Source: Vermamoeba vermiformis (Eukaryota). Taken from it: a stretch of 64,000 nt of DNA. Each line of letters opens with the position of its first letter. Positions within the stretch are counted from its first letter, which is position 1. The stretch spans positions 1-64,000 of the forward strand of contig JBEWZL010000057.1 in NCBI GenBank assembly GCA_045837725.1. Reading direction: 5' to 3'. Positions 27,582 to 39,836 of the stretch are shown here, one piece after another. The notes under the pieces were generated by a model. The model was not told the DNA's origin and made no database searches. It was given only the letters and a program-made list of their open reading frames with translations. Both the position numbers and the translations under genes were made by a program.

Positions 27582-29293
27582 ATGTCAAAAAGAAAACACA
27601 TCGTATTTGACTCCTCCGACTCGGACTCTGAAGCACCACCTAAGAAGCAGAAAATTAAAAAAGAAATTCCAATTGCACCACTAACGGAACGATTTCCAAC
27701 GGTTTTTGACCTTGCTGGCAACTACGAATCTGGTGAGGCACCCAGAACATTGATGGAGCTCAGATTAATGCAATATAGCGCTGCTATTCGTTCTAAACCT
27801 AATTGGCGGGAAAAGATTAAAGATCCTACGATCAAAAGCAGGTGGATCCAAGAAGCGAGAGGTTTGTACTGCGATCCAAATCCACTGTTGTACTTGGCTA
27901 ATTGATGATTTAATTAGGTCTAGCCTCAAGCTCGATCAAATATGCTATAAATGAGCTCGAAAAGTACTATACGAAGCTAATTGATGGTCCTATTGTCCCG
28001 TCACCAGTGGATGGTGTTTACCAAGCAGATCAGCTCATTCCACCACAGCTCAAACAGGCCCTCATAGCAGGTGCAGCAGTACTAGAGAATGTACCTGATG
28101 ATCGCAAGGACTGGCACCCTGATTCGAAGTGGCAGGTGTTAGATCTGGTGCATCCATCGCTGTACTGCTACGTCAAAGGCAAGACACGTGTCACTGACGG
28201 CAAAAAAATGCGTTGGAGAAAGTTTTTGCGAGCAGGAGAGCCAGAGCCCAAGCCCGACAAGAAAACTGAGACTAGACTCGGCAAATCAGCAAAATATCAA
28301 TGGCTGCCGTCCGAGTTCAAAATTGATGCTGGTGGCAAAGTGACAATAGAGAGTTATATTAATAATTTGCATCCTAAACAACACGCAGGACTATACGGCA
28401 CTATAGCATCGATATTCGAGCGGTTTGTGCCGCTCTTCAACAAAACACTCACGGATGCGCTGAATCCCCGACGTTACCGTGTTCGCTGCGATGGAGTACG
28501 CTACGAGAGGGGCTGGCACGACTTTCCTAATTACGAAGACTATCTAGCCTACGAGAACATACGTCAACCGATTCAACCAACCTTGGGCGAGTTCACTGAA
28601 GTGCCGCCCCCGAAGCAACTTGTCAATCTGAACGGCCGGACGGTGCAAGTGATCGTGAAGATGGCGAATATCATTTTGACGCCTGACAACCCACAGTACG
28701 ATGGCGGTGTCTGGCACGTTGAAGGCATGGAGAATGAGCGCATCATCGCGACAGGCATCTATTACTACACGTGCGAGAACATCACCGAGTCACAGCTCGG
28801 CTTCAGAGTGTCAGTCTGCGAGCCCGATTATGAACAGCACGACCGTCGAGGAGTCGAAGAGATTTATGGCTTGCGCGATGGAGAGTTGTTAGTGCAGCCA
28901 TTGGGCTCCGTGATCACGCAACAAGATCGATGCGTGGTGTTTCCTAATTTGTACCAGCACAAGGTGGCACCGTTCAAGCTCGCCGATGCGACGAAGCCAG
29001 GAGTGCGGAAGATACTTTGTTTTTTCTTAGTCGATCCAGCCACACCTATATTATCAACTGCGAGAGTGCCACCGCAACAGGTCAGGTGGATCTTGAAAGA
29101 AAAGAAATTTTTAAAGGGCACGTACTTGGCTTTACTGCCCCAAGAGATTCAAGACATTATTATCGATTATTATGAAGACGATGCACTAGCAGCAGCGCAA
29201 AAACATCGCGACAAGTTGATGTGCGAACGGAAGTACTTTGAACGAACGAACAAAGAGCGATGGGAACGACCGTTCTCTTTGTGCGAACATTAA
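27582..29293 (+). CDS. DUF4246-family protein (putative 2OG-Fe(II) oxygenase-like fold)
   Basis: DWHP..VLDLVHPSLY, KYQWLPSEF, SYINNLHP, QVIVKMANIILTP, WHVEGMENERIIATGIYYY, FPNLYQHKV, C-terminal FSLCEH; one intron at ~27862-27917. Confidence 0.8.
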
Positions 29294-29380
29294 AATAGCC
29301 TAATCTATGTCTAAATAAATTTAATTTATTATAAATAATAAACTAGCTAATAAATAAGGTAACATTTAAGTTCGAAAGAC

Positions 29381-32300
29381 TTAAACGTCGTTATAAAACA
29401 TAGTAGGTTTGGCTTTCTTGCGCAATATTGAAGCACGCAATCTAAGACAAGCCTTGATGATCTCCATAATACCAGTGTGGATAATAATCGATGCTAAGAC
29501 CTTGAGCCAGTCCCATCCGTTCAACGGCACCAATTCGAAGAAGTCATTGAAGCCAGGGATGTAAATAGACATGATCAACAAGCTGGCTGACAAGAAGAAT
29601 GCACCAATCAGCCACTTGTTAGCAATTAATCCAGTGCGGAAAATCGATTGAGTTTGAGATCTGCTCAAGAACGAGTGCCATAATTGAGTCATGGTCAAGA
29701 CGGTGAAGGTAACTGTTTGAAGATGCGACAATTCCAAGCCTTCAATGTAATAGCCAATCAACAGCGTGGCTAAGGCCAAGCCAGACATGGACAAGCCTTG
29801 CGCTAACAAAACGAAACCAGATCTGACAGTAAAGATGCCTTGTTTGGGGTTTCTAAATTGTTATATTAGTACCTGGGCACTATATTATTAAATTATTATA
29901 GCAAAACTTACCTTGGTTTACGAGACATGACGTCAAGTTCAGCTGGATCAATACCGAGGGACATGGCAGGAGGAATATCGGCTAAAATAAAGAATTAGTG
30001 GCTGAAATGAGTATAGTTGAATATAATATAGACATACCAATAATGTTAGCCCACAAAATTTGAATAGAAGCAAAAGGAATAGGAGCTGCGATAATGACGG
30101 CCAACAACATGGTCAAAATTTCAGCTGTGTTGCAGGACAATAGGTAGATAATAAACTTCTTAATATTGTCGTAGATTCGGCGACCTTCTTTGACCGCGTA
30201 AACGATGGACTTGAAATCATCGTCGGTTAAAACAATGCCTAAAAAGGAAATTTTGTTAATGAATCTGACAAAGGCTTAAAATATGTAGTATAGACTTACT
30301 AGCTGCTTGTTTAGTAATATCAGTGCCTGTAATGCCCATAGCGACACCACAATCAGATTTCTTAATGGCCGGAGCATCATTAACACCGTCACCAGTCATA
30401 GCGGCGACTTCACCCTTCTTTTGAAGCGTTTCGACAATTTGAAGCTTGTTGTCGGGAGACACCTTTATAAAACGTTAATTACGAGAGTTCTAAGTATTTA
30501 ACTTCTTGCAGATTCGATCGAGAAAAAAGATCGAGATCCGTTCGAAGTCAAACAGAGACTGTGAGGCAGGCAGATATAACACTAGTATTTCCTAGTGCTA
30601 TTCTTTTACAACTCGACGAGTACTCGTGTTTATTATCGGAGTCAAGCACGTACTGGCGTTTGAATACCAATTCGAATCGTGGAACTCGCGATTTTATTAC
30701 TAAAACTAAAAATGAATAACAAAATAAAAGTACTTACTCTTGCAAACACCGTGGGGAAGGGGTCTAAGGTGGCTAATTGCTTACTTTCGTACAATAAATC
30801 GATTTGCTCGCCGGTGAGTACATTGCTTTCTTCAGTGGCAATTCCTAACTTGATTGCAATGGCCTTGGCAGTCGATGGATGATCACCTGTGATCATGCAG
30901 ACTCGAATACCTGCGTCGCGGCACTATAAATAACGAATTAATCAAAATTCAAAATTGGATGCGGATCTTTATCCTTAAAATTTGGTTGGTTGCTTACTTG
31001 TTTGATGACGTTGTTGACGTTCTTGCGAGGAGGGTCCAATAGACCAATCAAGACCGACGAAGCAGAGGTCGCTTTCGACATTTTCAACGTTTTTGAATTC
31101 CTCATCCGTTTTTTCGTCCAAATTGTAGGTCTTGTAACCAAAGGCCAATATTCTCAAGCCTTGGCCAGCCATCTTAGCTCCTTGTTTCTCGATTTTCTTC
31201 AATTTCTTCTCGAGATCTTTGTGTTTTTCGCCGCTCAAGTACTTGTTGCTCTTTTTCAACAGCGACTCTGGCGCACCTTTGGCGAGAATGTAATACTTTT
31301 CTGCGGTCTTGTACACGACACTCATGCGCTTGCGGTCGGAGTCGAATGAATGCTCGTTGACGAATTGAAATCCTTCTTCTGTGAACCGGTCTTTGCCGAG
31401 TCCAAGTTTGATGGCGGCAATGTGCAAGGCAATTTCAGTCGGGTCACCAGTCATCACTGTTTGACCCTCGTCATTTTCAGCGAGACCTGTGTTGTTGCAA
31501 AGACCAGCGCCCATCAATAAGATGCGCAAATCAGCAGGGAACAGTGTCACGTGTGATTTCTTCAGTTTGATCGTCCTTAGTCTTGTACGTGAATTTGCCC
31601 GCAGTGTCTTTTGGATCCGTCGAGCGGCCTTTAACTCTGTACTCGCGACCGCTGACCCAGACCTTCTTAGCGGTCATTTTGCCTTCAGTGAGTGTACCAG
31701 TCTGAAAATGAAGTGGTTAGATCCGGTGACATGTGTCATAAAGTGTCACTTACCTTATCAGAACAAATGGTGGTGATGCTGCCAAGAGTTTCAACAGCGT
31801 GCAATTGACGCACTAAGACGTTATGTTTTGACATGCGCGAGACACCAATGGCCATCGTGACAGTAGTGACAGCCACGAGACCTTCAGGAATGACTGACAC
31901 GGCCAAGCTGACACCGACTTTGAGCATGTCAAGCCAGTAATTGCCGCGCACGAAACCAACGACGACGATGATGACGCACAAGCCGACAGCGACGATGACG
32001 AGAATGATGCCTAATTTGGTAAGTCGCTTTTGCAGAGGAGTCTTGGGTGACTTGGCGTTGTTGAGTCGGACGGAGATCTTTCCCATTTCAGTGCTGGCAC
32101 CGGTGGTAGTGACGATACCTTTGCCGCGACCTTTGACGACGACTGTGGACATGTAGCCCATGTTCAAACGATCACCGAGGGGAGGACGCTTGGCGGCCAT
32201 CTTCTGCGTGTTCTTTTCAATGGCCGTAGATTCACCCGTCAAAATAGCTTCGATCACTTGCAAATTGACAGCTTCGCCTGCATTAAAAAAGTGAGATTTT

Positions 32301-33831
32301 GTGAATAACATTGATTTTCATGAATGGAGCGTACATAGGCGGATGTCAGCAGGAATAGCGACACCTTCTTCGAGCAGAACTATATCACCAGGCACGAGCT
32401 CTGCAGCGGGCAGAGTGTCCACTTCACCGTTACGCAGAACTCGAGCCGTGGGTACGTCGAGTTTGAGCAAAGCATTCAAGGCTTTCTCTGCTTTGTACTC
32501 TTGCGTGAAACCAATGATAATGTTGATGACGACAACTGCTGCTAGAGCACCCATAGCCTTGTAGTCACCTGCGCATTGCAATGTTAAAATTTTGAACAAA
32601 ACTAGGTGACTCGCGCTGGAAATTTCGACTTGGATACTTACCAATACCCGCACTGGCACCCATGGCCACGACGAGGATCAAAATCATAATGTCGCGCACT
32701 TGGTTCCATAACATTCGCTAATAAATAATAAGAGGTTAATTATTGCAAGTCTTTTTTTGCTTCGATCTGACATACCCAGATGCTTTTCTTTTTGGGCTTA
32801 GGCAACAAATTCTGGCCGTAATGTTCTCGGCGGGCAATAACCTCAGTGTCGGTAAGGCCTTGATCAATGGAGGTCTTAAATAGAGCCACTACTGTCTCCA
32901 CATCTGCGTCGTAATATGTCGCTAATAAAAGAATCACATATCAGTCACAAAAATCAATAAACTCCACCTCCGCATTAGCAATTTAATCAGAAAAGGGGCG
33001 CAGAGTATGAATTTACTAATGTCTATATTTAGAATTCTAATAAACAAAAATGCTGTCGCGACATTATTGTAATGTTGTCAAATGAAATTTTAAGAATTGA
33101 ACTTACGAGAGCTATTAGGGGCTTTCTCGTCGAATGACTTTCTGTACAGCGCGTCGCTTTGATCGACAAGATTGCGCTTTTCGAGCAACATCTGAGAAAC
33201 TTCCTTGACGTCGTCGGGGATGAAATCCTTCAGTTGCGAGCATTTAGGGAATGAGTTCATCAAAAAGTGCACGAAGCGCACAGAGACGTTTTGGTGCTCT
33301 TCTTCGCACTCGAGGACGTGTTTGTGAAGGCGCATTCGGCGCAGATCACCATTGGAAAGGCCTTCAAAGGCATCTTGCACTTCCTCGACTATGCAATACA
33401 ACGCGTATTAGTAAACGGGCCATCGGAAGCCGAATTAAAGATAAAATCTATGCAATTCTGATCTAGATTTCGTTCTTTCGTGTTTTTCAGTTACCTTGTT
33501 TGACAAACTCGAAGAGGACAACCAAAGCTAGCTGAGCCTCGGCAGATGGCTTGCCATAGATCTTGTGCTCACGTTGGCCGATGAGTCGAATCAAAACGTT
33601 GACGAGATTCGTTGCGGTGTTGAGATCGACGTGGGTAAGCTTGATGTCGCTGTACCACTGCTGCAAAGTCTTCAAGGACTCTTCAGATTTGTCCTCAGTG
33701 AGGTTGAAGACGAGGCGTTGTAGTTCTGCATTGTAGGCGATTTGTTGTTCTTCTTCTTTGGTCGGATTGAGGCTCTTGCGCTTAGATGAGGGGCCGTTCG
33801 AAACGCGAAGAGAGCTGTTGGACTTTTTCAT
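29381..33831 (-). CDS. P-type II cation-transporting ATPase (Ca2+-type motifs) with ~200-aa N-terminal helical extension
   Basis: LTGES, IPEGL, ICSDKTGTLT (split by an intron), [30 protein letters not shown]. Upstream exons 33831-33495 and 33388-33107 splice in frame onto 32921. Confidence 0.88.
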
Positions 33832-34276
33832 TCAATGTGTTGCGTGGGGTTGTTGTAAAATAAAATGATCGCTTCTTCGCGCATTTATAGCTGAACTCTA
33901 GGGAATTTCAGTTGGTTTTTTTTTCAGGCCTTGGATTGCGAGCCACATCCATTTTCGGACGAATAAAATTATTCAAGGAACGCTAAAAAATCGAATCTTC
34001 GAAAATAACCTGCGTTTTGCAGGCGTTAGGCCGCAAATGAGCTATTTTGGTGAAAGATTCAGCTCATCCGTTTCGAAAACCAATAAAATCTATCTTAATA
34101 CTGCGTTCTGTCGCGTTACAGTCGTTATATCATTCATAAAATAATTAAATATCGCTGTTTTAGGGTTGTTTTCTGTGCTCTAAGCGTGTGTTCATCGTGA
34201 TCAGCTAAGAGTAAAAATAAAAGTTGGCTTACCCCTTCAAAGTTCACTTATTTCAGCTTAGAAACAATACGAACAC

Positions 34277-35254
34277 ATGTCCGACGAAGATAATAGCACA
34301 GCTAATCAGAATGACGCGGATTCAGCCAACTACACTATTAGAGAACAAGATCGATACTTGCCGATCGCAATGATTTACCGAATCATGCGCAAATCTATTC
34401 CCCAAGCAGCCAAAATCTCCAAAGATGCGAAGGAATGTGCTCAAGAATGCGTATCAGAGTTTATTAGCTTCATCACATCCGAGTAAGCCAATAATTTTTA
34501 CTGTCGTTGTAAAACGGTCTAGATCTCGTTTTGTTATTCAAAATTCGTGATAATTATTCACTGCACGTGTATAATTAAGAATAATATGCAAGAAAGCACT
34601 TTTTTACGAATTTTTACTATTTTTCTAATTATTTTGTAATTTTTCAAAGGGCAAGCGAAAAATGCGTTACAGAAAAAAGAAAAACAATCAACGGCGATGA
34701 TATATTAATAGCAATGACTGCACTAGGATTTGATAATTACGTCGAGCCATTACGACTTTATTTAAACAAATTACGGGATGTAAGTTAAATTCTTAATATT
34801 TCATTCTATCGTAGTGTTGATAATAATAATTCTATACAGTTCAACTCTAAGTCCCAAGGCACTAAAAAGACGAGTAAACGAGGCAGCGGCGGTGATGGCG
34901 CTCAAAAACAAGCGGATTTACCTTTGACCGCACCGCCAGTTATTCCACCAAGCATGTACGGCAATTATAGCGTACGTATAAATATGACATGCCATACAGT
35001 ATAGTGTTTAACGAATATACAGGGCTATGCGGTACCACCAGGCTTTCCTAAAGTAAATACTACTTACACCGTGTCAGATCAGCTCCAAAATCAGAACAAC
35101 GTGAATACCAATAGCGGAAATAATAACAACAATGAGTTAAATATGCCTTCTATTGAAGTGCCTATGATGCCGGTACGTATTAAACGAACACCAATTTGAA
35201 ATCAAAATCTGATCTTTAAAGTAGCCGAACGAATCTGGCATTCAACATGAGTAA
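34277..35254 (+). CDS. NFYB: Nuclear transcription factor Y subunit B (CBF-A/HAP3)
   Basis: [10 protein letters not shown]...[58 protein letters not shown] histone-fold signature. Confidence 0.92.
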
Positions 35255-35483
35255 TTGCCATCATATTACGATGAGTATAGAAGATATATGACATTCGTGT
35301 ATATAATGTAAATAGCACACTCGTTACTGATAGTTGCAGTTCAGGCTATTCTTTTTTATTAATTTTATACATGAGTACTCCTCTAGATCAAGGAAGAATG
35401 CGAGCAAAATATATTACAAGGATCCGCCGCTCGCACCACGGATCGTATTTCTATAATACTACTATTTGATTTCGTGTTGAATT

Positions 35484-37109
35484 TCAATTCGCTTTGTTTT
35501 CTTTGTCGAGTTCCACGTGGCTCATCTTGTTCATGAACGAGGTGCCATGCACAGTGCCACCAACGACAGCGCTCGTGTTGCCAGTGCTGGTCTCGTGCTC
35601 GGGCTCGACTTTGAACAGCTGTCTGCGCGTGCTCGAGGACTTGGCGTGCTGCACAAGGGTCGCGAGTCCTTCAACTGCTTGCAAGTCCACCGTGTTCAGC
35701 GCGTCGTTGGTGACGTGGCCATGGACTGCAATACTGTCGTTGACACCTGTCACTTGAATCATCGGCAACACGCTCTCGTGCAGCGGTGCAGTTTTGAACT
35801 GACTCTTGACCAGTGTTCGTCCAGCCAGGTCTTTGGTAGCAATGAGCACTGGTCGTGCGGGCGTTGAATTCGTTGACCAAGATTGACCCGCACTGCTCTC
35901 GTGTCGTTTGCTGCGTTTGGGCTCGCCAGTGGCTGTTTTGTGCTTGGGAGTTCGATTCTTCAGATCGGAGAATTTCAGTGAATGCACGGTGATCGGTTTG
36001 TGATCTGCGCTGGGAGATTTGAGCGGAATAATTGTTGGTAGTGAATGGGAGGCTGGATCTTGTTTGAATGGACTAAGAATTTTTCGTCGTTTGAAGGGTG
36101 AGGTGTTGGAGGTGCTATTTACAAAGTGATGTGTTGTATGCGACTCATCTACTTGGTCTATTTTACGTTTTTTGAGATTATTGATCAGCTTCGTACACTG
36201 CATCCGTTGAAAAAAAAATTAGAAAAAAATTTAATGATTATTGTTTGTGATATTACCTCGTCTTTAACAATACTCTCGTCAGTTCCAATCTTTGACAATA
36301 TCATCTGATCGGCATTATTTCCATTTTTGGAAGTTAATTTGATTGGCGTTGAGTGCGGGGACTTCAATAGCAAATTATTTTCAACGCCACTGAAACTCGT
36401 GCTGACATTTAAATGTTAGCCTCGTCATTGCTTAATATGACTCTTATTACCTTTTTTCGTATTGTTTTGGATATCTTTCGAGAAATGCAGTGAGTTGTTT
36501 CTGCATCTCGTCGAACGGAACGGTTAGCGATGAAGATCGCTGTTTTTCATTGTTATTTACAGGTGCTTCTGTTAATATGATATTATGAGTATACTGCTGT
36601 AATATTTATAGTGCAGTTAAATTAATTACCTGAGGTCGGCAGCTCGAGGATCTGATCGAGCGATATTTTGCGGAGGTACTTGTTGAAAATAGTGCCAATA
36701 CGCGGCAATTCTGTCATAATAAATTATATTTAATTAATATATCACTATTATCCTTCAACCGTTGATATTTAATTGGTACAGAATTATCGCATCTTTCACC
36801 ATTAATTTAATAATTATGTAAATTCAAAAATAATGCTTACCTCGTTCAGCAGCGAATATTCGTTGTTTTTTAAATGATTGTACGCCCCAAAATTTTTTAG
36901 CTGGACCCTTTCGGCGAGATTGAGATTCTGTAAGAAAATTAGCTGCAGCCTAATAGGAGCAAGTCGAGCATATTATTTTATTATTGCATTATATTAATGG
37001 TGGTATTGTGATATTTCATTTAAATACAAGGTGGATCGTGTAATCCGTTGCCAATAGTCTTACCCGACGGACCAAAGTCAGTTCGTACTTCCTCAACAAC
37101 CACGCTCAT
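35484..37109 (-). CDS. Hypothetical basic, low-complexity, probably nuclear protein; multi-exon
   Basis: Candidate start MSVVVEEVRTDFGPS at 37109; several short exons with GT-AG introns; last exon has KKRK, SP/TP sites and a KEN motif. Confidence 0.55.
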
Positions 37110-37170
37110 CAATACAATATATCACTATAGTAATATAATACTATTTACACTATCAAGTCTTGTGCTTGTT

Positions 37171-37451
37171 CATAAAGGACAATTTGTTAATTGGATCATT
37201 TTCTTCAAATGAATCGAACACACAAGCTAGACCTCAAAGGCTTCGTTATAATACTTCTATAACAAATTTGAACTTTGATACGTGCTGTATATGTTTTTAG
37301 GCTAAAAAAATGCAACGATGTGCTAATCCGTTATAACTGCCAAGATCTGGCCGAGCGTCAGGTAAAAACGATTGGAATAATTGTAAAATATTACAAATAT
37401 TTAAATAATCATCTATGAAATAATAAATGAGAAATATTTCTAGAATCTGCC
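37171..37451 (+). repeat. Left copy of degenerate ~285-bp direct repeat
   Basis: Colinear blocks shared with 53273-53566: CATAAAGGACAATT, CAAATGAATCGAACACAC, CCTCAAAGGCTTCGTT, ACTTCTATAACAAATTT, TGCAACGATGTGCTAATCCGT, GCCAAGATCTGGCCGAG, AAAAACGATTGGAATAAT, TTTCTAGAATCTGCC. Confidence 0.9.
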
Positions 37452-37493
37452 CAATTAATAACAGGGGATGAGACTGCAATAAAGGCCAGTAAT

Positions 37494-39027
37494 TTATTCG
37501 TAGCACCTCTTGTACATACAAAGCAGTGCATTTTCAGCTTTGGATCGCAAAGCCCAACTGCGCAGTAATCTGAGGGATTCTGTTGGTGGAGCGACTGGCC
37601 TCAACCATTGCTGCACTTTATCAGCCGTTGCAAGGCTACTATTACTAGCAATTGGTTGAAATTGTTTGGTGAATAAATAGAGCAAGAAGTTGTCGATTAT
37701 ATTGATGTGCACGGTTGGAGCGCTAGATTCGAGTTCGATGAGCTTTGACCAATGCAGTTTTGGGGCTCGATGATGCCCAGCGTGGAAATTATCGTTGAAT
37801 GGCGCTACATAACCGTTCCAATTAGTCGTGCTGCTATCAACTGTGTTTGGATTGGTCGGATCTATCAACGAGTGCCACAGCCACGCACCTCTGCTGATAT
37901 AAAAGCCTGCTGGAGCGTACGTGAAAAATAATGGCACCAACAAGCTCGATTGGACTTTCCATAGGGCTAACAGCACGAGGACGAATACTACTTGCCCGAG
38001 AAACATCTCAGCAAGTGCGATCCGAACACGTGACTTGTGGATCTTGTGAATGAGATAGCGATACACTCCAATGCAAGTCGTGTAGTCTAACCACATGCCA
38101 AACGAATAAACTGAGAACTCGAGAATACTTGAGCGATCGTATTTGGCTGTTGATTGAAAGTCGGATGCGTTGTTGTTCTCTTTGTGATGGATCAGCAAGT
38201 GGTTGGTTTTGTACACGCAAGGAATGTATCCAAAAAGCACAGCGGTGACTTGCAGCACAAAAGAAGAAACTTTGTGCTTGAATGGTGCCAGATGCATGTT
38301 CCAATGAAAGAGCCATTCCATCGGTAAGCCGAACGTCTCTTGATAAATAATGTAGAGTGGTAATACAATAATTGCATTTCCAACTGCGCCGCTGCTGAGC
38401 CATATAAACAGCGCATTTTGAGTGACGAATAGTAGTAAAAGTCCAAAGAAGGGAGCGTCTTGCGGGTTATTGACGAAATAGGTCCACCAAGTAACGTCTA
38501 TGAATAATCATTATTATTAAAGTAAGCCTAATATGTTAAAAATTAAGGTACTTGCCACAGTTTTTAGGATAAAACTTGTTTCGCAACGCCTCCAATACCG
38601 ATCGGTAAGTTTTCGTGCTCCAAAATACAGCAATATAACTCCAAATGCTGCCAGGCCATAGTAATAAAATTGGAAATACCAAGCTAATCACCCATAATGT
38701 ACTTGTTGAAAGCTTACTCACGCTGAAGAATTCTTTACGGATCTGCTTTAAAGAATTCAAGTACAAACCACACACGAACTCTAAAGTTAAGCAAAATAAT
38801 AAATACAATACGGCTAGAGTAATATATACATAATTGAATGCGATCATGATTAGTTGTGTTATCGCCATTGCATTGAGTTGTCAAAAAAACCGCGATCCAA
38901 AGAATACTCCCACGTGAAGCGTTCACAAAGAATATCGCTGCGTAAATACGGACAAAGAATTGAACGCGTTCTCTAGGATTTGAGAAAAGGGACAAAAAAT
39001 TTTAAGTGTCAAAGAATTAAATGACAT
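37494..39027 (-). CDS. Membrane fatty-acid desaturase/hydroxylase-like protein with extra N-terminal TM segments
   Basis: Three His boxes: EWLFHWNMH, HLLIHH, FHAGHH; hydrophobic segments; apparent single-base frameshifts near 39000, 38860 and 38340-38400. Confidence 0.75.
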
Positions 39028-39066
39028 TGTGTTATTCTTTTGCATTGCCGTTTTTGGAGATAAAAT

Positions 39067-39072
39067 CACGTG
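39067..39072. promoter_or_regulatory. CACGTG (E-box/G-box) in the divergent promoter between the desaturase and peptide 1
   Basis: ATCACGTG; CACGTG begins 86 nt before ATG 39153, followed by TAAATA at 39092. Confidence 0.45.
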
Positions 39073-39152
39073 ACTGGACCAGATTCAAATTTAAATAGCC
39101 TGGTAGACGACAAACATTCGCTCACCTAAGATACGAAAACTAACTAACAACA

Positions 39153-39347
39153 ATGGACGTTCAACACCAAGTCGCTCTTCTCGCTCAATCTGCCGCCTGT
39201 TTTGGCTCTGGATGCTGCTGCTCGGGCAGTGGTTGCAATTGCTCGTGCTCAAAGTCCCGTTCAGTGCTGCCAGTCCTTGATACCGACACTGTTCTCCCAT
39301 TCGAAAGCGAGGAACTTACTGAAGAATCGCTCTCCAGCTTTATGTAG
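39153..39347 (+). CDS. Cys/Ser-rich small peptide 1 (64 aa), candidate lanthipeptide precursor
   Basis: MDVQHQVAL...GSGCCCSGSGCNCSCSKSRS...SEELTEESL; paralogous to 39615-39836; AATAAA at 39383. Confidence 0.75.
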   Translation: MDVQHQVALLAQSAACFGSGCCCSGSGCNCSCSKSRSVLPVLDTDTVLPFESEELTEESLSSFM

Positions 39348-39528
39348 GACTATTATAGGCAACTAGGCCTAACTAGTTTTTCAATAAATATATTCAAACG
39401 TAATTTCTGTCATAATACTTGTCGCTCGCACAATTTTTATTTTTTAAACCAGATCTAATTGATGTAAAGAATAAGGTGAGATATAAAATCGAAATTACCT
39501 GCTGAGAATAAACCGTAAGAATAGCGAT

Positions 39529-39534
39529 CACGTG
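39529..39534. promoter_or_regulatory. CACGTG upstream of peptide 2
   Basis: ATCACGTG; CACGTG begins 86 nt before ATG 39615 (same spacing as peptide 1); TAAATA at 39551. Confidence 0.45.
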
Positions 39535-39614
39535 GCTTTGTCAAACACCATAAATACTGAGGTTGTCATTCATTATGTACAAGCTATCAATACACACACA
39601 CATCAAATACTGCA

Positions 39615-39836
39615 ATGGACGTTCAAATTCAACTCGCCCTCACTCCTCAAACCCTCACTCGTACTTTGGGAACTGGATGTGGCTGTTCCGCTAGCGTGGG
39701 TGGAAGCTGTAATTGCTCTTGCTCTAAAGGCCGCTCGCTTTTGCTTGCAAACGGATGTGGCTCCGATGCAGGTATTTACGTCAGTGAAGAACTCAGTGCG
39801 GACTTGATTGCCGAAACTTCCCTATTCTGGGAGTGA
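39615..39836 (+). CDS. Cys/Ser/Thr-rich small peptide 2 (73 aa), candidate lanthipeptide precursor
   Basis: MDVQIQLAL...GTGCGCSASVGGSCNCSCSKGRS...SEELSADLI; AATAAA at 39874. Confidence 0.75.
   Translation: MDVQIQLALTPQTLTRTLGTGCGCSASVGGSCNCSCSKGRSLLLANGCGSDAGIYVSEELSADLIAETSLFWE

Noticed and set aside
26452-29293. GNAT and DUF4246 genes (and the S53 protease) as tailoring or maturation enzymes of the cluster
   Set aside because: They lie 8 kb or more outside the left repeat, separated by housekeeping genes; nothing in the sequence links them.
39153-39836. Thiazole/oxazole-modified microcin (TOMM) precursors
   Set aside because: The Cys/Ser/Gly cores would fit, but no YcaO cyclodehydratase or dehydrogenase is visible in the window, whereas a LanM is.
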